From Ottowia sp. (GTDB lineage: Bacteria; Pseudomonadota; Gammaproteobacteria; Burkholderiales; Burkholderiaceae_C): 64,000 nucleotides of DNA. Positions 55,235-64,000 of this stretch are shown one piece after another. The stretch covers positions 35,618-99,617 of the forward strand of contig NZ_JAXMEM010000012.1 of NCBI RefSeq assembly GCF_046348305.1, written 5' to 3'. The notes beneath the pieces are model-generated. The model did not search any database, had not been told where the DNA came from, and saw only the letters and a program-made list of their open reading frames with translations. The number at the start of each line of letters is the position of its first letter. Positions within the stretch are counted from its first letter, which is position 1. Both the position numbers and the translations under genes were made by a program.

Positions 55235-55502
55235 ACCCGGAACCATCCTGCCGACGCCTGCGGAAGATGCAGCCATTTCCGCCGCCGCCCAAGCCGACCC
55301 GGACGCACGCCCGTTTACCGATGCCGAATGGGAGGCGGTAAAGCCACAGGCACGCCGGGGCCGCCCGCTGGGCAGTGGCACCAAAATTCAGGTGACCATG
55401 CGCCTGGACGTCGACACGGTGCAGCGCCTGCGCGCGACCGGGGCAGGCTGGCAAACCCGCGTCAATGACGTGTTGCGCAACTGGGTCAAACGCCACGCCT
55501 GA
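55221..55502 (+). CDS. brnA: BrnA-family antitoxin
   Basis: RRGRP..KIQVTMRLDVD..RATGAGWQTRVNDVLR; overlaps brnT. Confidence 0.92.
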   Translation: MPKLKPGTILPTPAEDAAISAAAQADPDARPFTDAEWEAVKPQARRGRPLGSGTKIQVTMRLDVDTVQRLRATGAGWQTRVNDVLRNWVKRHA

Positions 55503-55658
55503 TGAGATCTTGCCCGCGATCCCCCGGCGCGGCCTATCCGCTACTTGACGCCCTGCGGGTTCCAACTGACGGTCACCACGCAAGCCGGTCGCACCGGAGC
55601 GTTTTGCCTCGGAGTTCATCAGGATCGCCCCCGGTCTTGAAGAGACTGGCTTTTTCAT

Positions 55659-55681
55659 GCCCGCCGCGTGCGGGCTTTTTT
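55659..55681 (+). terminator. Rho-independent terminator-like hairpin
   Basis: GCCCGC-CGCGT-GCGGGC-TTTTTT; second hairpin + T run at 55631-55655. Confidence 0.65.
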
Positions 55682-55756
55682 GCGAACGCGCCGCGATGGC
55701 CCACCGACGGGTGCAAAACCTCGCCCCGGTGCCTACACAGCGGTTACACGGGCTGG

Positions 55757-55797
55757 AAAAAGAAAACCCCGCTGCGAAATTGCTAGCGGGGTTTTCA
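55757..55797 (-). terminator. Terminator downstream of tRNA-Phe
   Basis: GAAAACCCCGCT/AGCGGGGTTTTC 12-bp stem followed by U-run on minus strand. Confidence 0.75.
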
Positions 55798-55816
55798 GTG
55801 CCCATGCGGGCTTGTA

Positions 55817-55892
<76 letters not shown>

Positions 55893-55927
55893 GTAAAACG
55901 CGAGATTATATCGGGTTTCTGGCGCGC

Positions 55928-56641
55928 TCAAGCCGTCGCCTGGCTGCTTTTTCGCCCGCGCGCCAAGTCGACGCCCAGTTGCTTGAGCTTGCGGTAGAGG
56001 TGGGTGCGCTCCAGGCCGGTTTTTTCGGCCACGCGGGTCATGGAGCCGCCCTCCTTGGCCAGGTGAAACTCGAAATAGGCCTTCTCGAACGCGTCGCGCG
56101 CCTCGCGCAGAGGCTGGTCCAGCTCGAACGAGCGCTGGGGCTGGGGCGACAGGTCGAGCGCCTGGGGCAACGTCTGCCCGCCGGTCATCGCCGCTTCGAC
56201 CGTGAGCTCGGCGTCGGTGGCAACGGCCGGCGCACGGGGCTCGACCTCGCGCACCGGTGCCTCGGGCGGTGGCGGCGTCGAACGCGCCAGCGCGTGCTCG
56301 ACGCTCTTGAGCAGCTTTTGCAGCGTGATGGGCTTTTCGAGAAACGCGTGCGCGCCGATGCGCGTGGCCTCCACCGCGGTCTCGATGGTGGCGTGGCCGC
56401 TCATCATGATGACGGGCATGGTCAGCAGACCGGTGCCGCGCCACTCCTTGAGCAGGGTCACGCCGTCGGTGTCGGGCATCCAGATGTCGAGCAGCACCAG
56501 GTCGGGACGTGCGCGCTGGCGCGCGGCGCGGGCCTGCGCGGCGTTTTCGGCGAGTTCGACGGTGTGACCCTCGTCATTGAGGATCTCCGACAGGAGATCC
56601 CGAATGCCCAGCTCATCGTCAACCACCAGAATATTGGCCAT
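55928..56641 (-). CDS. NtrX-like response regulator (receiver + Fis HTH, no AAA+ domain)
   Basis: ILVVDDE, LLDIWMP, MSGH, EKP; GLERTHLYRKLKQLG. Confidence 0.9.
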   Translation of the reverse strand: MANILVVDDELGIRDLLSEILNDEGHTVELAENAAQARAARQRARPDLVLLDIWMPDTDGVTLLKEWRGTGLLTMPVIMMSGHATIETAVEATRIGAHAFLEKPITLQKLLKSVEHALARSTPPPPEAPVREVEPRAPAVATDAELTVEAAMTGGQTLPQALDLSPQPQRSFELDQPLREARDAFEKAYFEFHLAKEGGSMTRVAEKTGLERTHLYRKLKQLGVDLARGRKSSQATA

Positions 56642-56666
56642 GGGTAAGCATGTTTCCTTCGTGATG

Positions 56667-58991
56667 TCAGCCGCTTGCAGCGTGTGCCCGATGGGCGGCC
56701 TGCGCCGCCGGCTCAAATGTCAATGATACTTGCGCGCCGGTGACCTGCCCATCGTGGATGCGATTGGACACATCCACGCGCGCGCCGTGCTCCTCGGCAA
56801 TTTTCTTGACCACCGCCAAGCCCAGTCCGGTGCCCTTGGCCTTGGTGGTGACGTAGGGCTCGAAGGCACGCTTGAGGATGGCCTCGGGAAAGCCATGGCC
56901 GTGATCGATGACGGACAGGCGCACGCGCTGCGTGGCCTCGACCCACTGCGTGCGGATGAGCACCCCAGCACCGTCGCCGCCGGCCGGTGGTCTGTCGACC
57001 CCGCTGGAGGCGTCCAGCGCATTTTGCACCAGGTTGTGGATGACCTGGCGCAGTTGCTGAGCATCGCCCAGGATGGGCGGGCAGGCGTCGTCGCGCTCGA
57101 AGCGCAGCGGCACGGCGTTCTCGTGCGCCGTGCCGTCGGCGGCCGTCCCGTACAGATGCAGCACGTCGGCCACCAGGGCATTCAAGTCCATGCGCGCCAG
57201 TTGCGCGGCCGGCAAACGGGCGTAGTCCCGAAATTCGTTGACCAGGCGCTTCATGGCGTCGACCTGCTCGACGATGGTGCGCACCGACTTGACCAGCAGC
57301 GCGCGGTCGGCCTCGGGCAGCTTGTCGGCCAGCCGGCGCTCCAGCCGCTCGGCCGACAGCTGGATGGGCGTAAGCGGGTTCTTGATCTCGTGCGCCAGGC
57401 GCCGTGCCACCTCGCCCCAGGCCTGGGTGCGCTGCGCGGAGACGATCTCGGAAATGTCGTCGAACACCAGCAGGTGCAACCCCCCCGGCAGGCTCGCGCC
57501 GCGGGCCACCAGCGAGACGGCGTCGGCATTGGCGCCCTCGGTGGCGCCGTGCAGCTCGAACGCCTGCTGCCAGTGGTCGGGCCCGTGCTCGGCCAGGGCC
57601 TGCTCGAAGGCGCTGAACTGCTGTTGCACGTCGCGCGCGAAGCCTTCGAGCTTGGGCTGCGACGCCAGTGGCTGGCCGACCACCGCCGCCAGCGGCGCAC
57701 GCAGGATGCGGGTGGCGCCGGGGTTGGCCGATTGCACCACGCCGGCGTGGTCGAGCACGATGACGCCGGCCGTCAGGTTGTCCAGGATGGTTTGCAGGTT
57801 GGCGCGCGCGGTGTCGACCGCGCGCATGCTGGTGTCCACCGCCGCGCGGGCGTCGGCCAATTGCCGGGTCATGTCGGCAAACGAGCGCGTAAGGCCGACC
57901 AGCTCATCGCGCCCGGGCAGGATAACCTTGGGCCGCAAGTCGCCGGCCGCCACCTGGCGCACGCCGTCGGCCAGCATGAGCAGGGGCGCGGCCAGTTGCT
58001 GGCCCAGCAGGACCGCCAGCAGCACGGCGCCAAAGACGGCCAGAAACAGCGCCAGCGTGAGCGTGCCGATGTACATGCGCCGCAGGCCCTGGCGGCCCAA
58101 GGCGCGCTCCTGGTATTCGCGGTTGGCCTCCTGCACGGCCAGCGCGTTTTCAACCAGGGTGGTGGGCAGCGGCTGCACGGCCTCGAGCAGGCGCGTCTCG
58201 TCGGCCAGGCCCAGCGAGCGACCGCCGACCACCGCCAGGGCACGAATGCGCGCCGTCGGCGGCGCGGCGCCGGGCACGGGCGAGGCCAGGTCGTCGATGC
58301 CTTCGATCTGCGTGGCCACGCCCAGCGCGCGGGCGTTGCGCAGCAGTTGCGCCGAGGGGCGCACCGGCGAAAACTCGAAGCGCGACACGCCGGCACTGGC
58401 CAGCAGGCGCCCCGAGCTGTTCCACAGGTTGGCGTCGGTGGCGCCAATTTGCGTGCGCAGCCGCTCCAGCGGCAAGGCCGCGGCGCCGTCGGGCACGTCG
58501 GCCAGTTGGGCGGTGGCACTGCGCAACTGGTTGCCGAACTCGCGCGCCTGCGTCTCCAGCGAGGTGCGCGCCAGCGTCAGGCCCGACTCCAGCGCACCCT
58601 CGACCCGCACGTCGAACCAGGTTTCGATGGAGCGTGAGACGAACTGGTAGGACACCACGTAGATCAGCAGGCCCGGCAGCACGCCCACCAGGCCGAAGAT
58701 GGCCGCCAGCTTGATCAACAGCCGGCTGCCGAACTTGCCGCGCCGCAGGCGCGACAGCAGCCGATAGACGCCCCACAGAATGACCAGCGCCAGCACGGCG
58801 GCGGCCGCGATATTGACCCACAGCAGGCGGGTGTAGTAGCGCTCGTAGAGCAGGCGGTTGTTGGTGGCCTGCACCAGCAGGAAGATCAGCACCACGCCGC
58901 CCAGCAGCATCACGGCGGCGGCCACGCGCAGCGACCAGCGGGTGACGGCGCTGCGCCCGGGCAGCGCCAGGTCGTCGGCCGGCGCCGTCAC
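56667..58991 (-). CDS. NtrY-like HAMP/PAS sensor histidine kinase
   Basis: AWGEVARRLAHEIKNPLTPIQLSAERL, NLVQNA, DHGHGF, GTGLGL. Confidence 0.93.
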   Translation of the reverse strand: MTAPADDLALPGRSAVTRWSLRVAAAVMLLGGVVLIFLLVQATNNRLLYERYYTRLLWVNIAAAAVLALVILWGVYRLLSRLRRGKFGSRLLIKLAAIFGLVGVLPGLLIYVVSYQFVSRSIETWFDVRVEGALESGLTLARTSLETQAREFGNQLRSATAQLADVPDGAAALPLERLRTQIGATDANLWNSSGRLLASAGVSRFEFSPVRPSAQLLRNARALGVATQIEGIDDLASPVPGAAPPTARIRALAVVGGRSLGLADETRLLEAVQPLPTTLVENALAVQEANREYQERALGRQGLRRMYIGTLTLALFLAVFGAVLLAVLLGQQLAAPLLMLADGVRQVAAGDLRPKVILPGRDELVGLTRSFADMTRQLADARAAVDTSMRAVDTARANLQTILDNLTAGVIVLDHAGVVQSANPGATRILRAPLAAVVGQPLASQPKLEGFARDVQQQFSAFEQALAEHGPDHWQQAFELHGATEGANADAVSLVARGASLPGGLHLLVFDDISEIVSAQRTQAWGEVARRLAHEIKNPLTPIQLSAERLERRLADKLPEADRALLVKSVRTIVEQVDAMKRLVNEFRDYARLPAAQLARMDLNALVADVLHLYGTAADGTAHENAVPLRFERDDACPPILGDAQQLRQVIHNLVQNALDASSGVDRPPAGGDGAGVLIRTQWVEATQRVRLSVIDHGHGFPEAILKRAFEPYVTTKAKGTGLGLAVVKKIAEEHGARVDVSNRIHDGQVTGAQVSLTFEPAAQAAHRAHAASG

Positions 58992-59635
58992 GAGCCGCGC
59001 TCCGCGCTGAGCACCTGGCGCCGCTCGAGCTGCAGGTGCCAGTCGGACTGGCGCACCGTCCCGAGCTGAAAGGTGCGCGGCAACTGGCTGGCGTCCAGCC
59101 GGAACTGGAATTGCAGGACCTGAACACCGCCGCCGGACAGCTCCGCGGCATTGGCGATCTTCCAGCCGGCAATGCGTTGCACCGCACCCATGACCTCGTC
59201 CAGCGAGTCGTACTGCTGCGTCAGGCCCAGGCCGTATTCCGCGCCCACCAGCGGCTCGCTGGAGGTGCTGATGCGCCAGTGGCGCGTGAGCGGCTGATAG
59301 GCAATGCGCGTGAAGCGCTGGGCCGACGCCACGGGCTGGTCGAACCAGTACCAGCGCTCGCGCAGCACGCGGGCTTCGGCCACGAAGTAGATCGGAATGC
59401 CCTTGAGCAACGCGTCCTGCACCGAGGGCGCCAGCTCGAAACTCAGTTGTGCGTAGAGAAAAAGCCCTTCATCACCGCGTTCGACCCGCAACTCGTCCAC
59501 GCCAGGCGCGGCAGCCTGCGCCAGGCCCGCCAGGCCCAGCGCGGCGCTCGACAACAGCCCGCCCAGCATTCGGCGCCGGATGGCGCTGTCAGGCGGGCGA
59601 CTTTTGCAGCAGGGCATAGAAGAAGCCATCGTCAT
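58988..59635 (-). CDS. DUF4390-family protein
   Basis: ALLKGIPIYF, RERWYWFD, YQPLTRHW, SQLPRTFQ; conserved position between rsmB and ntrY. Confidence 0.85.
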   Translation of the reverse strand: MTMASSMPCCKSRPPDSAIRRRMLGGLLSSAALGLAGLAQAAAPGVDELRVERGDEGLFLYAQLSFELAPSVQDALLKGIPIYFVAEARVLRERWYWFDQPVASAQRFTRIAYQPLTRHWRISTSSEPLVGAEYGLGLTQQYDSLDEVMGAVQRIAGWKIANAAELSGGGVQVLQFQFRLDASQLPRTFQLGTVRQSDWHLQLERRQVLSAERGS

Positions 59636-60947
59636 CACAGGCCCCATTGTCACCAACGCGGCCGCCCAGACCGTCGCGCCCGGGCAACAAATGCCCCGGT
59701 GCGGGGCAGCGCAGCACGTCGCTGTTGCGTGCGGCAAACGCCTCGATGCGTTCGGCGCCCTCCTGGCGAAACACCGAGCAGGTGCAATACAGCAGGCGCC
59801 CGCCCGGGGCCAGCAGCGGCCACAGCGCGTGCAGCAGGCGGTCCTGCTCGGCAGCCAGCTGGGCGATGTCGCTCGCACGGCGCAGCCAGCGCACGTCGGG
59901 GTGGCGGCGCACGATGCCCGACGCGCTGCACGGCGCGTCCAGCAGGATGGCGTCGTAGTGCGCGCCGTCCCACCAGGCGCCCACGTCACCGGCATCGGCC
60001 ACGCGCACCTCGGCGCTCAGGTCCAGACGGGCGAGGTTGTCGGAGATGCGCTGGCTGCGCTCGGCATTGAGCTCGAGTGCCGTGACACGGGCTTGCGGCG
60101 CGCATTCGAGCAGGTGCGCGGTCTTGCCGCCCGGCGCGGCGCAGGCGTCGAGCACGCGCAGGGGCGTCGCCGGCAGGCCTTCCAGCAGCAGGGGGGCGGC
60201 GCGCTGCGCCGTCGCCGACTGCACCGACACCAGCCCCTGCGCAAGGCCCGGCAGCTCGCGCACGGGTCGCGGGCGCGCCAGGCGCACGGCGGCCGCGCCC
60301 AGCGGCGTGGCGGCGATCTGGTGCCGGGCCAGCAACTCGCAGTACGCCGCCACCGAGCCACGCCGGAGGTTGACGCGCAAATCCATCGGCGCGGGCAACT
60401 GGTCGGCGTCCAGGATGGCGGCCCAGTCATCCGGATAGTCGCCCTGCAGGCGGCTGATCCACCACGCGGGGTGATTCCAGCGGGCCACCGCGTCGCCCGC
60501 CACCGCCGCCAGGCAGGAATCGGCCTCGCGCCGAAACCGGCGCAGGCAGGCATTGACAAAGGCGGCCTGGCGCCGCGTATCGGCCTGGCGCTTGGCGGCC
60601 TCGACGGCCTGGTCGACCACGGTGAAGGCGTTGTAGGACACCTCGCCCTCGGCCAGCAACAGCGCCAGCGCGGTGCACAGCAGCGCATCGACGGCGGGCG
60701 CGGGCCGGCGCGATGCCAACTGGCGGCGCACAGCCTGCGCCGTGCCCAGCCGCCGCAACACCGCAAAGCCCAGCGCTTGCGCGCCGCCGCGCAGCGCCGG
60801 GGGTACGGCCTCAAGCAGGCGGGTCAGCGACTGGCCGGCCTGCACGGCCTCGACCAGGCGCGCCACGGCCTGAATCAGCTGCCACAGCGGCGGTGCGCGC
60901 GCGGGCTCGTCGGCCAGCGCACGCCCTTGCGGCGCGCTCAATGACAC
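59589..60947 (-). CDS. rsmB: 16S rRNA m5C967 methyltransferase
   Basis: NusB-like N-terminus, SVQS, LDACAAPGGKT, DAPCSASG..RRHPD, YCTCS; start uncertain (60947/60941). Confidence 0.92.
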   Translation of the reverse strand: MSLSAPQGRALADEPARAPPLWQLIQAVARLVEAVQAGQSLTRLLEAVPPALRGGAQALGFAVLRRLGTAQAVRRQLASRRPAPAVDALLCTALALLLAEGEVSYNAFTVVDQAVEAAKRQADTRRQAAFVNACLRRFRREADSCLAAVAGDAVARWNHPAWWISRLQGDYPDDWAAILDADQLPAPMDLRVNLRRGSVAAYCELLARHQIAATPLGAAAVRLARPRPVRELPGLAQGLVSVQSATAQRAAPLLLEGLPATPLRVLDACAAPGGKTAHLLECAPQARVTALELNAERSQRISDNLARLDLSAEVRVADAGDVGAWWDGAHYDAILLDAPCSASGIVRRHPDVRWLRRASDIAQLAAEQDRLLHALWPLLAPGGRLLYCTCSVFRQEGAERIEAFAARNSDVLRCPAPGHLLPGRDGLGGRVGDNGACDDDGFFYALLQKSPA

Positions 60948-60948
60948 G

Positions 60949-60999
60949 CCCTCCGCGCTGCGCGCTGCGGGATTCGCGCCTGGGAGCGGCCCGGCGCGC
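60949..60999. repeat. Repeat family C, single copy upstream of rsmB
   Basis: CCCTCCGCGCTGCGCGCTGCGGGATTCGCGCCTGGGAGCGGCCCGGCGCGC matches the 49574-49699 unit. Confidence 0.88.
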
Positions 61000-61086
61000 C
61001 TGGATCGACCGCCAACCCGGCGACCGGGCTCGCCACCGCGGCGCTCAGCTCGTGCTTCAAACAACAGGGGGTTGACACAGGGGGTC

Positions 61087-61650
61087 TCATGGCCGGTCAT
61101 CCTCGGCCGGTATCAGCACCTGCCCGGGACGAAAGCCGCACAAGCGCGCCATCACCATGGCCGGAAACTGCGTGGCCGCGGCGTTGTAGGCGCGCACGGC
61201 TTCATTGAAGGCCGCCGTCAAGGGCAGTTCCTGGTGGCGCAAGCGGTCCCACTGAGCCTGCAAGGCAGGCCCGGCCTCGGCGGGCGCCACGGCGACCCAT
61301 GCCGCCTGCAGGGCCGCCTGGGCTTGCGCCAGGCTGCGCACCGCGCGGGCACTCACGGGCTGGCTGCGCACGGGCGCCAGGGCCAGGGCCAGCTGGTCGC
61401 CGGCGGCACCCAGGCGCGCCCAGGCTTGCGTCTGGGACTCGTCCAGGGTGCTTGCGGGGGCATCGGGCGATGGATCGGCCGGTGGCAGCACGCTCTTGAC
61501 CCACGCCAGGCGCTCGCGCAGCAGCGGCTCCAGCGCGGCAAAGGCCGTGCCCACGGCAGCACGCAGGCGCACCAGCCGGTTGTAGGCGCCAATGGCCCAG
61601 AAAAACACCAGGGCCAGCACCAGCACAAGGGACCAAAGACTTTGGGACAT
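61087..61650 (-). CDS. LemA-family protein
   Basis: N-terminal TM + YNRLVRLR; FNEAVRAYN....QFPA. Confidence 0.82.
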   Translation of the reverse strand: MSQSLWSLVLVLALVFFWAIGAYNRLVRLRAAVGTAFAALEPLLRERLAWVKSVLPPADPSPDAPASTLDESQTQAWARLGAAGDQLALALAPVRSQPVSARAVRSLAQAQAALQAAWVAVAPAEAGPALQAQWDRLRHQELPLTAAFNEAVRAYNAAATQFPAMVMARLCGFRPGQVLIPAEDDRP

Positions 61651-61723
61651 CCGCAAAATCAAAGAAAAAACGCCCTGGCACGCCCGTGGGGCGCGCGCAG
61701 GGCGCTATGGTTTCAAGAGTGTC

Positions 61724-64000
<2,277 letters not shown>

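Noticed and set aside
55502-55786. 94-aa ORF after brnA
   Set aside because: Runs through terminator hairpins, no RBS or motif; probably non-coding.
54417-55816. attL/attR direct repeat of the tRNA-Phe 3' end
   Set aside because: No second copy of TGGTGGCCTGGGGCGG was found by eye in the window, so island boundaries cannot be fixed.
60948-61100. 53-aa N-terminal extension of RsmB in the ORF track
   Set aside because: It is mostly translated repeat family C and overlaps the LemA-like gene end; similarity to RsmB begins downstream.

Overview
High-GC betaproteobacterial chromosome segment. Gene content and order (rsmB-DUF4390-ntrY-ntrX-tRNA-Phe, IPTL-CTERM-like protein, rnb-tonB-mtgA) point to Comamonadaceae. 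Most of the window is housekeeping: cca, slt, maeB, rodA, mtgA, ruvC, rsmB and the 3' part of rpoC. Four things stand out. (1) A ~10 kb respiratory cluster (21916-32066) under an FNR-type box. It encodes a heme-copper oxidase subunit I with Gln in place of the cross-linking Tyr (eNOR-like), a CuA subunit II, a small subunit, SCO, an atypical CtaA and a second degenerate subunit-I paralog. It also encodes two Rieske-less cytochrome b proteins fused to soluble redox modules ([2Fe-2S]+FAD/NAD reductase; 2x[4Fe-4S]+MvhD-like). (2) A ~60-bp AT-rich palindromic repeat occurs 8 times; 3 copies lie in frame inside cca, a SAM methyltransferase and an RNB nuclease. (3) Other mobile or repeat DNA: an ~820-bp imperfect giant palindrome, a 161-bp MITE with CTAG duplications, further hairpin repeats, a decayed integrase plus brnTA beside tRNA-Phe, and an antitoxin whose PIN toxin is truncated. 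(4) A phaE-phaC-GNAT-WS/DGAT-phasin storage-lipid cluster. All family assignments come from motifs read by eye; no database searches were run.
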